Both the position numbers and the translations under genes were made by a program. Below the pieces are notes generated by a model. The model made no database searches. It was not told the DNA's origin and worked only from the letters and a program-made list of their open reading frames with translations. 64,000 bases of DNA from an uncultured virus (IMG/VR IMGVR_UViG_3300027689_000306) (Duplodnaviria > Heunggongvirae > Uroviricota > Caudoviricetes > Crassvirales): IMG/VR virus record IMGVR_UViG_3300027689_000306. One strand, 5' to 3'. Position 1 is the first letter of the stretch; the number at the start of each line of letters is the position of its first letter. Below, piece after piece: positions 1 to 9,897 of the stretch.

Positions 1-2
1 GA

Positions 3-1322
3 GCTTCTGGAGTTATTGCAACATTTGCTACAGATAGTGGTGTACCAGGAATCACATCATTACCTGGAGGTAACTGGTCATTCATAACACACTTTGTAGC
101 AGCTGTTGGTGAAGACTGGGATATGGTTGCAAGAATTTATAAATATACAATAGGAGGAGTTTCTACACTAATAGGAACAACTAATTTAGTTCATATATTA
201 TTTCCTACCACTGCTGTACAACAAGCATATAGTGATACATTTGTCCCTGCTCAATCATTAGATCCTACAGATAGAATCTATGTTGAGATAGAAGTGATGA
301 ATGATAATCCTGTTTCATCAACAATAACTTTCTATACAGAAGGTACTACTTATTATTCATACGCACAAACAACATTTAATGCTCCTTCAGGAACTAGTGG
401 AACATCAGGAGTTGATGGAACTAGTGGAACTAGTGGAAGTACAGGAACTAGTGGATCCAGTGGAACAACAGGTACAAGTGGGACAAGTGGAAGCAGTGGA
501 TCTTCAGGTACCTCTGGTTCAAGTGGAACAACAGGAACTTCTGGTTCAACAGGAACAAGTGGAACAAGTGGTTCTAGTGGTTCAAGTGGTACGTCTGGTT
601 CATCAGGTACAACAGGTACATCAGGTACAAGTGCTACAGATGGAACAGGAGGAACTAGTGGGACTAGTGGTGCAAATGGTTTAGGATATTCAGGACTGTT
701 TGATATAGCACAATCTTTATCTATTGGTAATAATATAAGAACTCTTAATAATACAAGTTTAAGTGCAACACAAACAGCATTTACAGTAGGTCAAAGAATT
801 AGAGTGTTTGTCACTGCATCTCCAAGTGTTTGGATGGAAGGTCTTATAACAGGATTTGTTGGTAACGTACTTACATTTAATTCTGATTTATATGATGGCA
901 CTGGAACTTATACAGGATTTACAGTAACTGATGCAGGTAATCCAGGAGCAAATGGATCATCAGGAGCTACAGGAAGCTCAGGTACTTCTGGAATAAATGG
1001 AACTAGTGGATCTTCAGGAAGTTCAGGAATATCTGGAGCTGGTGGTTCAATTAAAAGTATAAACTTAGTTTCTACAAATACTAATGCAGGAAGTACAGCA
1101 AGTACAGATTATTTTTATTTTGGTTCAAATACAATAAACATTACATTACCAACAGCAGTGGGTAATGATAATTATTACACAATAAAGAATGTAGGAACAG
1201 GTGTTGTAACAATCAACACTACATCCTCACAAACAATAGATGGTAGCTTAACAGCTCCAATAAAAGTTCAATATTTATCATTAACATTAATTAGCGATGG
1301 TGCTAATTGGAATATTATATAA
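3..1322 (+). CDS. Tail-fibre/virion surface protein with collagen-like Gly-Thr/Ser-Ser triplet repeats (5' end lies before the window)
   Basis: The frame of ORF 123..1322 stays open back to position 3 (ASGVIATFATDSG...). It contains long G-X-Y runs (GTSGSS) and a C-terminal TITLPTAVG...TIKNVG...IDG...SDGANW domain typical of phage fibre proteins. Confidence 0.7.
   Translation, partial: ASGVIATFATDSGVPGITSLPGGNWSFITHFVAAVGEDWDMVARIYKYTIGGVSTLIGTTNLVHILFPTTAVQQAYSDTFVPAQSLDPTDRIYVEIEVMNDNPVSSTITFYTEGTTYYSYAQTTFNAPSGTSGTSGVDGTSGTSGSTGTSGSSGTTGTSGTSGSSGSSGTSGSSGTTGTSGSTGTSGTSGSSGSSGTSGSSGTTGTSGTSATDGTGGTSGTSGANGLGYSGLFDIAQSLSIGNNIRTLNNTSLSATQTAFTVGQRIRVFVTASPSVWMEGLITGFVGNVLTFNSDLYDGTGTYTGFTVTDAGNPGANGSSGATGSSGTSGINGTSGSSGSSGISGAGGSIKSINLVSTNTNAGSTASTDYFYFGSNTINITLPTAVGNDNYYTIKNVGTGVVTINTTSSQTIDGSLTAPIKVQYLSLTLISDGANWNII
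388..680 (+). repeat. Degenerate 9-bp (GTS/GSS/GTT) tandem coding repeat
   Basis: About 32 consecutive G-X-Y triplets, e.g. ggaactagt/ggaacaagt. A second shorter block lies near 935-1045. Confidence 0.9.
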
Positions 1323-1324
1323 TT

Positions 1325-1675
1325 ATGGCATATACACCTGTCTCACCCTCGTCTTATTTTGATTTAGTATCTTCTAGTGGTACTAACCCCACTGTTATTA
1401 AAGCAAGTGCTGGAACTGTTAATGGTTGGTACATATACAATTCAAATGGTTCTGCAAGAAAAGTTGCATTTCATAATATAGCTACAACACCAACAGCTGG
1501 TTCAGGAGTGGTAATGGCTTTAGTGATACCTCCTTTATCAGCAGCTAACGTTTCACTTCCTGATGGTATAACATTTACAACAGGAATTTCAATAACAACA
1601 GTGACAGGATTAGCAGAAGCAGACGCTACTGGAGTTGCTACAAATGATTTAGTAATTAACATATTTTATAAATAA
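1325..1675 (+). CDS. Small beta-rich virion protein
   Basis: ORF 1307..1675; the likelier start is MAYTP after the upstream stop. Thr/Ser/Ala-rich, in the fibre gene cluster. Confidence 0.55.
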   Translation: MAYTPVSPSSYFDLVSSSGTNPTVIKASAGTVNGWYIYNSNGSARKVAFHNIATTPTAGSGVVMALVIPPLSAANVSLPDGITFTTGISITTVTGLAEADATGVATNDLVINIFYK

Positions 1676-1679
1676 CATT

Positions 1680-2006
1680 ATGGCAAACTTACAACCTACA
1701 AACGTAATTACTTATCCATTAAATTGGGAGGCAAAATCTATTGAAATACCAGTTAATGCATTCCCATTATTTCCTCATACGGTTGAAGTATTTTGGAAGT
1801 TAATTGGAGATTCAAATTCATTCAGTGGCTCTACAACAATACCAAATAGTGTGGTATCACAATGGGGTACAGATGATGCTGTAATACAAGCTTATGTATT
1901 AAATCAATTAGGATTATCAGAAGCATTAACACCTATTGTTGTTGAAGCACCTGTAGTAATTAATGAAACACCTTTAGAAGAAACAACAGAAGAACCTATA
2001 GTATAA
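1680..2006 (+). CDS. Hypothetical protein, possible fibre assembly chaperone
   Basis: Tightly packed ORF with a WGTDD motif and acidic tail, lying between fibre genes. Confidence 0.5.
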   Translation: MANLQPTNVITYPLNWEAKSIEIPVNAFPLFPHTVEVFWKLIGDSNSFSGSTTIPNSVVSQWGTDDAVIQAYVLNQLGLSEALTPIVVEAPVVINETPLEETTEEPIV

Positions 2007-2007
2007 T

Positions 2008-4926
2008 ATGGATAAGTGGTTTTACAATCCAGGAAGTGTAAGCCCCATAGCTTTTCAAAACTTCACAAATTGGTATTCAGCACCAGGCGGCCCTAGTGGC
2101 GGTGGTACACTTGTATCATACCCTGTAGCTGGAGATAATGCATATTTGACATCAGAATCTGGAACTGGAACAATCACTATTAATAATGTAGTACAAGTTG
2201 ATATACTAGATTGTACAGGTTTTGCAGGTACAGTAAGTGGTAACGGAAATCTTTATATTTACAAAGAAATAATTCTTGGATCAACTGTAAATTTTTCACT
2301 TACTAATCTTATTCTTATTTATGGGTATCTAATTAATTGTAGTAACAATATTTTTAATGGCGGTACCATACAAATATACAGTGCAAGTGGTGGAAATCCT
2401 GTTTGTGATACAACTGATTTAAAAATTAATGGTGGAATAACTTTAGTAAACGGAGAACTAAGAACTCACACTAATTTTAATACTTACGGATTAGAAGCTA
2501 AAACATTTGTTGCAAATAGCTCTGATACTAAATCTTTTTTTCAATCTGATTCTACAAACAATGAATGGAAAATTACTGGAAACAGTGGCTACACTTGGTA
2601 TGTAGATAATGTTAACACAACTTGTATTGACCCTGCGTATGGAAGACTAGGTATTGTTACATTTACTGGTAGTTTTTATGGTACAGGTAATTATCATTAT
2701 TTTTTCCATTCAACATCTGTTATAGGAGAACCTGCAGAAGTTATTGTGGCAGGAGATTATGGTTCAAATACGGGTTTTTCGTTTACTTCTTCTAAAGTAT
2801 TCGATATTGTTTTTACATGTACAGGAAACCCCTCCATTTATTTTGGTGGTTTAACATTGTTAGGAAATATTAATTTTAATAATACATATGTAATATGGTC
2901 TAATGATATTATTTTTTCAACAGGATCTCATTCTTTGTATTTTAGTCCAAACATGAGTTTTACAGTATCTAATTTTAATATAGGTACAGGTGTAGAAGTT
3001 ATTATTGAAACTAATCCTGGCTCAGTATCTATAGCTGGAAATATAAATATTACTGGAGGCCTTTTAACAGCAAATGATAATTTTTTAAATGGCGGTACTT
3101 TTACTATTAATGGAGGAACATTTGATAGTAGTACAAGATTTGTTATTGGATCTGTAAGTATAACAAATGGGAGTATTACTAATTACGGTTTAGATAATAG
3201 AGTAAATGGCTCAGTGACTATCAATTCAGGGGGATCCTTTGAGAACAATGGGGAATTATCAATTAGTGGTAATACCGTTATTAATTCAGGGGGGTACTTT
3301 AATTCTTATGTTAAAACCACAATGAATGGAACTTTGATTATTAATGATGGGACATATGATGCACTATGGGATGATACTTCTTCTTTAAATTCTGTTGTAG
3401 GAACACTTACTTTAAATTCTGGAAATGTATTTGCTCATAATTTATCAATTGGTGCATTTTCAAGTTCTAATTCTAATGGAAGAAGTGTACAAGTAACAAA
3501 TTTATTTTTTACTGGAATTGGAACAATACTGTCAATTTCTGCAGCAAACCAAACAAATTTAGGTTTTTATGTTGAAAACATTACAGTAAGAGCAAATGAT
3601 TCTTCATCAAGGACACTAACTTTAAATAATGCAGTTTCTGTTTATGGTAATGTTACATTAGAGGGCAATGGTAATGGTGCAACCACAATGACTTTTGTAG
3701 CTGCTTCAGATAATTTTCCATGGGTAATAGTTACAAAACAAAATGGGTCATTAAATTTAGGTACTAGTACCATGAGAAGTTTAACCTTTGTTGAAGGTAG
3801 TACTATTTTGTGGTCATCAACATCTACTATTAACATAATAGAGCAGGAACTTAGACTTTGTAATTCAATGTCAGTTGGTTCTACACCTGGTGCTATAGCT
3901 TTTCCCGTAATCAATGAATATGATTCGCCAAGTTTTTACACTGCAAATAAAAATTTTACAGGTACTTTAGTTATATCTTCGCTATATGGATTAAAGATAT
4001 ATGGTAATTATACTTCTACAAGTTCTAGTACATCTGCAATAAGTGTATCAAATTATGGGCAAGTTATTTTTTATAATAATATAAGTCTTCCTAATAATGG
4101 TAATATAGCTATTAGCAGCGGTCAAGGTACTGGTAGTGGTTATTTTGCAAATGTAACATTACTTGGTAATACAACTATAGGTACTATTGGATGGACTGAT
4201 GCTGATGTATTTATAAGTAGTACCACATTAGCAGGATCAATAAATGCTTCAAGTTCAGGTAGTTTATATGTTTATCCAAATTCAATAATTAATATAGGTG
4301 TTAGTTTTGTTTCAAGTTCAACCGTTAATCAGAGATATATAGATTTAACCAATGCAATAATAAACTTAAATGGTACAGGAACTATTTGGAATATGTTAAA
4401 TGGAACATCACAGGGAGTACTTAATGTTAGTGGTTTTGAGGCAACAATAAATGTAAATAATAAAAGTACTGCATTATGCACATTGGCACTTGGCGGTAAT
4501 GGAATAGGTAATATTAATATTAACCGTACTAATAATGCCGCTTCTTCAACTACAAGCACAACTTTTAGTGGAGTTGGTAACGCTCATAGAAATTTTAGAG
4601 ATTTTACAATATTACCATCAAGTTCTGTACATCAAATTACATTTGCAGGAACAACTACTGGAATACCTACATATATTCATGACACTTTTCAAGTAGGTAA
4701 TACTACTAATAGAACTAATTTAGTATCATCATCTACTAATAGATTTTTTTTACAAAAAATAAATCCAGGATTAGTAATTTGTCCAAACGTAGCTATTACA
4801 AATTCAACAGCCCTTAATTCAAATACTTGGTATGCAATAAGCGGGTCAGTAAATAACGGTGGTAATACAAATTGGATATTCAATAGTGTTGTGCCAAGAA
4901 GATTAAGTTCTCTTGGTGCAGGATAA
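2008..4926 (+). CDS. Large beta-helix (autotransporter passenger/AIDA-like) tail spike or adhesin
   Basis: 972 aa, rich in G/N/S/T, with repeated xINxGG turns (TINSGG, VINSGG, TINGGT, TLNSGN). Confidence 0.65.
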   Translation: MDKWFYNPGSVSPIAFQNFTNWYSAPGGPSGGGTLVSYPVAGDNAYLTSESGTGTITINNVVQVDILDCTGFAGTVSGNGNLYIYKEIILGSTVNFSLTNLILIYGYLINCSNNIFNGGTIQIYSASGGNPVCDTTDLKINGGITLVNGELRTHTNFNTYGLEAKTFVANSSDTKSFFQSDSTNNEWKITGNSGYTWYVDNVNTTCIDPAYGRLGIVTFTGSFYGTGNYHYFFHSTSVIGEPAEVIVAGDYGSNTGFSFTSSKVFDIVFTCTGNPSIYFGGLTLLGNINFNNTYVIWSNDIIFSTGSHSLYFSPNMSFTVSNFNIGTGVEVIIETNPGSVSIAGNINITGGLLTANDNFLNGGTFTINGGTFDSSTRFVIGSVSITNGSITNYGLDNRVNGSVTINSGGSFENNGELSISGNTVINSGGYFNSYVKTTMNGTLIINDGTYDALWDDTSSLNSVVGTLTLNSGNVFAHNLSIGAFSSSNSNGRSVQVTNLFFTGIGTILSISAANQTNLGFYVENITVRANDSSSRTLTLNNAVSVYGNVTLEGNGNGATTMTFVAASDNFPWVIVTKQNGSLNLGTSTMRSLTFVEGSTILWSSTSTINIIEQELRLCNSMSVGSTPGAIAFPVINEYDSPSFYTANKNFTGTLVISSLYGLKIYGNYTSTSSSTSAISVSNYGQVIFYNNISLPNNGNIAISSGQGTGSGYFANVTLLGNTTIGTIGWTDADVFISSTTLAGSINASSSGSLYVYPNSIINIGVSFVSSSTVNQRYIDLTNAIINLNGTGTIWNMLNGTSQGVLNVSGFEATINVNNKSTALCTLALGGNGIGNININRTNNAASSTTSTTFSGVGNAHRNFRDFTILPSSSVHQITFAGTTTGIPTYIHDTFQVGNTTNRTNLVSSSTNRFFLQKINPGLVICPNVAITNSTALNSNTWYAISGSVNNGGNTNWIFNSVVPRRLSSLGAG

Positions 4927-4938
4927 TAATAAAAAAAG

Positions 4939-4959
4939 AAGCTCCTAATTAAGGAGCTT
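4939..4959. terminator. Bidirectional intrinsic terminator
   Basis: AAGCTCCT-AATTA-AGGAGCTT flanked by an A-tract and a T-tract between convergent genes. Confidence 0.85.
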
Positions 4960-7899
4960 TTTTATTTCATCTATCACCATCTCTGGTGTAACACTCTTCT
5001 GACATTCAAACTGTCTGTCTGTTCCTTTATGTACAGGACACCAATCCCAATCTCCTTTATCAAACTTATACTGTGGATCATTCCAACATCCATGGCACAC
5101 ACTCGTGTTCACTGGTCTATGACATGTAAACTCATGATGCTTATCAGTGAAGTTACTGATCATGATCACTGGTACATCTAATGCCCAAGCTAACCAGCTA
5201 AGCCCACTAGATAGTCCTATAAAGAATCTACTATTGTATATAGTAGTCATAGTGTTAGTCATTGAGTTGTCAAGTAATCCTTGACAGTTGTCAAATGGAT
5301 TATGCTCTAATGATGTATTTATCACTTTATATCCTTGATCATGTAGATAGTTAATCACCTCTTGCCAATGCTCTCTGGTCCAGAACTTACATCCTGCTGT
5401 AGAATTAGTAGCTATTGAAACTTGTCTCATTGCAAGATGTATTCTACTGTTTACAATCCTTGGTTTGATTTCTTCATAAGGAAGACCTAGAATGTTTGTA
5501 GCTGTCTGCTGTAATGGAATAGTGTTAGGAAGCTCAGGTTCTTTGTTTGAATTATAGAACCAACCAAGTTTGTACATAGCATATAGATTAGTTACATTAG
5601 TTCCTGGCTCAACAAACTCAAGCTCTGGATATGCATCTTCAAACAAGAAGTTCTTGAATGTACTTACAATCACATCACATCTGTGCTTCACTTTGAATTC
5701 TAATGCATAAGGCATCCAAGCTATTGTATCTCCTAAAGAAGAACTATCAAATGCAATGTACACTCTCTTACCTTCCAACTGTACGAATTTATTGTACACC
5801 TCAACACCATCTTTATACACAACTGTTCTCCAGTTAGTGTAATACTCTCTAGCAAGTTTTATCCAATGGTTACACTTTATTTTATCATGATGTATTAAAG
5901 TGGGACCATCATAAAACTCTACACGAAAGTCACTGGTAGATGTTCCTGTTATCTCTAAGAATGGTTGGCCTACGAAGTGTTGTGTTATATTATAATCATT
6001 TACGTCATTTTTGTGTGGAATAACAGACATTGCATGCTTATACAAATTTAAGTTATCCTTAGCAAAGAATATAGATGGGTTATCAATTGGTATAGGATAA
6101 TTTACAGGAGATGCTAACATACTTGTTATCTGTGGTACTATCATAATAGGATTTAGATTAGTTATATACTTAGTGAACATGTCTTTATATTGAGGAAGAT
6201 TTCTAGCTAGTATAGGTTTGCCATAACTAATAGCTTCTCTTAACACTAGCGGATTACATTCCCATGTAGAGTTAAACATAAACAAGTCTGCAGCTTTCAT
6301 AAACAAGTCAGTATTTGTTTGCTCTCCCCATATCTTTACATTATCAGGAACATCTTTCATTAATGGTTCCCAATAGTCTTTGAAGTTCCCAGCTTGGTTA
6401 CCTACAAAGTGGAAGTGTACATCTGGCATTTGTCTAGCTGCTTCTAATCCTTCTCCCTGGTTCTTTCCTTTAGTCCAAAGTCCTATGTTTACAACATGTT
6501 TCTTTGTTATATTCATTTCAAGATTTATTTGTGCAGCAGTTTGTTCAACCTTTTTTATAGGATTATAATCTATAGGATACTGAATCACTTCTTTATATCC
6601 ATCAAGACTAGCAAATGTATCTACATGATAAGGACTACAGAATGCATATGCATCTGGTGTAAACATTTTAGTCTCTGGTACAAAAGATATATCATGACAA
6701 GTTTCAATGATACGATATGATCTGTTATGATTGTATAATGATACGATCATTTCCCTATCTAATCTCTCAGACATTTCATCTATATGGATAACATCTGGGT
6801 TGAACTGTTGTATAATTTGAAACAGTTCCATTTTATCTTCATACAATGTGTGTACAGGAACAATATCCATTATCTTATTTCTCTGTACAACAAAGTCTAA
6901 ACTATGGCATTGATATTCTACAACATAGATCTGTACGTCTGTATAATCTTTTAATGCTTCTATTCTCTTAAGAAGAAACTGAGGCATACCACCTGTTGAG
7001 AGGTGAGGAGCAAGAAACATTATTCTCATAGATTTAGACATTTTAGACATTAGTTCAGACATTACAACAGGATCTTTCTCTCCATGTAAGAAGAATAGAT
7101 CCTGCTCACAAGCTGGCAATTTAAACCATGATCTTACATACTTACCCCAGTTATCTTCATTAAACACCTCATCAAACTTATCAAGACTGGCATTAGTATA
7201 TATATAAGGAAGACCATCTAAGAACTTATGTTTCCATAAGAGAACATTAACTATTGTCTCTTCGTGATAAGGGGCATAGTGTTGTGGATCTTTTAGTATC
7301 TCTGGATGATTACACATCCAACTCCACTCATTTAAGAATGGTATAGTGTTTTGACCAGCTACAAAGTAACCAGTTTGTCTATACTTATCTCTAACAGATT
7401 GATTTACATTAAACAATTCACATGCTGGATATTCTAATGTCTTAGCTAGTTCATTACTACCTCTTCCATTGATGAATAGATAGTCATATATACCTTCTGT
7501 GAAATACGGAAATTCCGAATTTGTAGGATAGTAGTTGAATATTCTATCTACATACTTAGTTGCTACACTGTCAGAATCTACATAACATATTATCTCAGCA
7601 AATCTCTTAAGAGCATCTTTAACTATAAGAGGTCTTTGTATTAGTAGATTGTATATTCTAGAATCATCTCTATCTATATAAGATGATTTTGGTACATCTT
7701 CCACATCACATTCCCAGTAAACAGTGTTAGCTCCAGGAACCTCCCTATGATCATTTAACATGTACACTGTAATTGGTATATCACTAAACTGTTGAATACT
7801 CTCTACAGCCATACATACAGTGCTGTAATAAGAAGTGTTTGCATATAGAACATACATTCTATCTGCTTTCATATTTTTATCTGTAAAACTATAAGGCAT
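4945..7899 (-). CDS. Tri-domain glycosyltransferase: GT-A (DxD) + GT4-like GT-B + AAH/TibC-type (BAHT) heptosyltransferase domain
   Basis: N-terminal YVDSDS; middle STGGMPQ and ECNPLVLREAISYG; C-terminal SLGDTIAW, FIGLSSGLSWLAW, CHGCWN, WCPxH, FEC. The annotated TTG start at 7920 overlaps the promoter, so ATG 7899 (or 7872) is likelier. Confidence 0.85.
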   Translation of the reverse strand: MPYSFTDKNMKADRMYVLYANTSYYSTVCMAVESIQQFSDIPITVYMLNDHREVPGANTVYWECDVEDVPKSSYIDRDDSRIYNLLIQRPLIVKDALKRFAEIICYVDSDSVATKYVDRIFNYYPTNSEFPYFTEGIYDYLFINGRGSNELAKTLEYPACELFNVNQSVRDKYRQTGYFVAGQNTIPFLNEWSWMCNHPEILKDPQHYAPYHEETIVNVLLWKHKFLDGLPYIYTNASLDKFDEVFNEDNWGKYVRSWFKLPACEQDLFFLHGEKDPVVMSELMSKMSKSMRIMFLAPHLSTGGMPQFLLKRIEALKDYTDVQIYVVEYQCHSLDFVVQRNKIMDIVPVHTLYEDKMELFQIIQQFNPDVIHIDEMSERLDREMIVSLYNHNRSYRIIETCHDISFVPETKMFTPDAYAFCSPYHVDTFASLDGYKEVIQYPIDYNPIKKVEQTAAQINLEMNITKKHVVNIGLWTKGKNQGEGLEAARQMPDVHFHFVGNQAGNFKDYWEPLMKDVPDNVKIWGEQTNTDLFMKAADLFMFNSTWECNPLVLREAISYGKPILARNLPQYKDMFTKYITNLNPIMIVPQITSMLASPVNYPIPIDNPSIFFAKDNLNLYKHAMSVIPHKNDVNDYNITQHFVGQPFLEITGTSTSDFRVEFYDGPTLIHHDKIKCNHWIKLAREYYTNWRTVVYKDGVEVYNKFVQLEGKRVYIAFDSSSLGDTIAWMPYALEFKVKHRCDVIVSTFKNFLFEDAYPELEFVEPGTNVTNLYAMYKLGWFYNSNKEPELPNTIPLQQTATNILGLPYEEIKPRIVNSRIHLAMRQVSIATNSTAGCKFWTREHWQEVINYLHDQGYKVINTSLEHNPFDNCQGLLDNSMTNTMTTIYNSRFFIGLSSGLSWLAWALDVPVIMISNFTDKHHEFTCHRPVNTSVCHGCWNDPQYKFDKGDWDWCPVHKGTDRQFECQKSVTPEMVIDEIKKLLN

Positions 7900-7917
7900 G
7901 GTATTTGATTTTGAAAA

Positions 7918-7925
7918 CAAAGGTA
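7918..7925 (-). promoter_or_regulatory. Bacteroidota-type -7 promoter element for the GT gene
   Basis: TACCTTTG on the - strand matches TAnnTTTG. Confidence 0.6.
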
Positions 7926-8001
7926 GGAAAAATATATTTACCTTATGCTATATTATGCTGGAAATATATTTTCAGCTCTTCATTATTCCAAATATAAATT
8001 C

Positions 8002-8009
8002 TACATTTG
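8002..8009 (+). promoter_or_regulatory. Bacteroidota-type -7 promoter element for the lysis operon
   Basis: TACATTTG in the divergent intergenic region. Confidence 0.6.
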
Positions 8010-8072
8010 TAGATAAATAGTTATACTATTGGATTTATAAAATTCTTTATATGTTATAAAATATCCCCAAAA

Positions 8073-8396
8073 ATGATCATGGAAAACAAGTTCGAAAAAC
8101 AAGTTGAAAAAGAATTAAAAAGCATGGACCAAAGACTTTACGATCTAGAAGAGAAGATGACCTCTATAGATACCAAACTAACACAAGTAGTGGATGCAAT
8201 ATTAGGTAATGCTTTAACAAAAACAGGGGGATTTGTTACAGATATTAATGAGCTTAAAGAAAGAATCAAAGACTTAGAAACTAAGATTCAGAAGCAAGAA
8301 GAGTTTAAGAAACGATTTACCTGGACTGTAGGTATAATCATAGGGATAGGTGTCTTATTACAATACGCATCTACACTATATAGAAATATTAAGTAA
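8073..8396 (+). CDS. Coiled-coil protein with C-terminal TM helix (holin/antiholin-like lysis protein)
   Basis: Heptad-rich N-terminus and hydrophobic WTVGIIIGIGVLL; first gene of the lysis cassette. Confidence 0.55.
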   Translation: MIMENKFEKQVEKELKSMDQRLYDLEEKMTSIDTKLTQVVDAILGNALTKTGGFVTDINELKERIKDLETKIQKQEEFKKRFTWTVGIIIGIGVLLQYASTLYRNIK

Positions 8397-8599
8397 TGAG
8401 TAGAAGAGAAAAAATAGATCTTTTTTTAAACAAATGGGTAAGTAGAAAACTTACAGTGTTTGTTGTAGCATCTGTTGGCCTTTTTTCTGCAAAGCTAACA
8501 TCATCTGATTGGGTGATCATTGCAACAGCATACATAGCTATTGAAGGTGCTACAAACATAGTTGAGCGTTTAATGAAAGCTAAAGGAACTACACTATGA
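8396..8599 (+). CDS. Putative holin (2 TM)
   Basis: 67 aa with an SRKL motif, two hydrophobic segments and a basic tail; upstream of the endolysin. Confidence 0.65.
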   Translation: MSRREKIDLFLNKWVSRKLTVFVVASVGLFSAKLTSSDWVIIATAYIAIEGATNIVERLMKAKGTTL

Positions 8600-8925
8600 T
8601 CTTAGCAAAGTTTCTTGATAGTCTTGAAAAACAATGGCTTGCTGTAGTGATAGCTGCATTGTGGTTATTCAGTTACACTGCTAGTCAAGAAAAGAATGCT
8701 CTTCTTCTTGAACAAACTAAACAGTTAGAAACACAAGTGTTGATTCTTGAAAAGCAAGCTCACAAGTCTGCTAAGGTGATTGATAGTCTTTCTAAGATAG
8801 ATACATTGATTGTTACAAAGATTAAAACCATTAAACAAAAAGAATATGTACAAATTAGGATTATTGATAGCTTGCCTGTTAGTGGGCTTCAAAGGTATTT
8901 CTCAGACCGCTATCCAGAAAGATAG
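8596..8925 (+). CDS. Putative inner-membrane spanin (Rz-like)
   Basis: N-terminal TM followed by a coiled coil; overlaps the next gene. Confidence 0.55.
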   Translation: MILAKFLDSLEKQWLAVVIAALWLFSYTASQEKNALLLEQTKQLETQVLILEKQAHKSAKVIDSLSKIDTLIVTKIKTIKQKEYVQIRIIDSLPVSGLQRYFSDRYPER

Positions 8926-9319
8926 TGTTGTTGTTCTAACAGAGAAACAATCTAGAGCTGTTGTTACAGATCTTGTACGTTATGATTTTGCTCAACAAGT
9001 AATCAAGTTACAAGAACAAAGAATCAAAAACTTTGAGAAGAAAGAGATTGAATTCAAGAATCAACTGGATATAAAAGATTCTATCATATTCTATCAGAAG
9101 GGTATGATTGATATACAAAAGGAGATTATCAAGAGTAAGAAACCTTTTGAAATACATGGATATGTTGGTGTTCAATCAACACAGTTTACACTAAGAGAAC
9201 CTACATTATATACAAGCCTAATGCTTGAGTTCACAAGATTCAACATAGGAGCTCAATACTTTGTACAACCAAGTAACCCACCAGGGTATAGTGTTGTTCT
9301 AGAATACAAATTATTTTAA
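8846..9319 (+). CDS. Putative outer-membrane spanin partner
   Basis: Likely start MYKLGLLIACLLVG (signal-peptide-like), then a coiled coil and amphipathic beta-strands ending YSVVLEYKLF. Confidence 0.5.
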   Translation: MYKLGLLIACLLVGFKGISQTAIQKDSVVVLTEKQSRAVVTDLVRYDFAQQVIKLQEQRIKNFEKKEIEFKNQLDIKDSIIFYQKGMIDIQKEIIKSKKPFEIHGYVGVQSTQFTLREPTLYTSLMLEFTRFNIGAQYFVQPSNPPGYSVVLEYKLF

Positions 9320-9330
9320 ACCAAATAGTA

Positions 9331-9759
9331 ATGGTAACAAGTGCACAGTGCTTAAAGAAGTGGGGTGATCCTACTGTTGTAACAAACGAAATGAAATATA
9401 TGACTGTTTGGGATGTACCTACTCACTTAGAGATAGGTGTTATTCCAAAAAAACTATATTGTAATAAACTGATTGTTGCTCCTTTGATTCAAGCGTTCGA
9501 TAACTTAATAGATAGAGACTTTGTTAAGGAGCTAAAAACATTCGATGGATGTTTCAATGTAAGAAGAAAGAGAGGGTTAACCTCTATGTCTTTACATTCC
9601 TGGGGTGTTGCAATTGATGTTAATGCTGCTTGGAATGGATTGAATAAAACTCCACAACTATCTGCAGGGTTTGTAAAATGTTTTACAGATGCTGGATTTG
9701 ATTGGGGAGGAACCTGGACTAGAAAAGATGGAATGCACTTCCAATTAAAATCTATATAA
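9331..9759 (+). CDS. Endolysin, peptidase M15 family
   Basis: SLHSWGVAID (SxHxxGxAxD) and WGGTW...DGMHFQ zinc-peptidase motifs. Confidence 0.9.
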   Translation: MVTSAQCLKKWGDPTVVTNEMKYMTVWDVPTHLEIGVIPKKLYCNKLIVAPLIQAFDNLIDRDFVKELKTFDGCFNVRRKRGLTSMSLHSWGVAIDVNAAWNGLNKTPQLSAGFVKCFTDAGFDWGGTWTRKDGMHFQLKSI

Positions 9760-9761
9760 CA

Positions 9762-9896
9762 ATGGCAAAACAAACCAACACAGTAGAGAAGAGAGTTAAG
9801 ATTAAAGTGAGCAGACCAGGTGTGCACGCTAAAACTAAAACATCTAAAATAAAAACATCTAAGCTTTACAAAAAAGCTTATAAAGGTCAAGGATAA
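9762..9896 (+). CDS. Small basic protein (KxYxGQG C-terminus), absent from ORF track
   Basis: 44 aa, MAKQTNTVEKRVKIKVSRPGVHAK...KKAYKGQG, tightly packed after the endolysin. Confidence 0.7.
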   Translation: MAKQTNTVEKRVKIKVSRPGVHAKTKTSKIKTSKLYKKAYKGQG

Positions 9897-9897
9897 A

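Noticed and set aside
379..684. Alternative-frame ORF (VEQQVQV...) over the GTS repeat
   Set aside because: A shadow of the repeat in another frame, with no independent signals.
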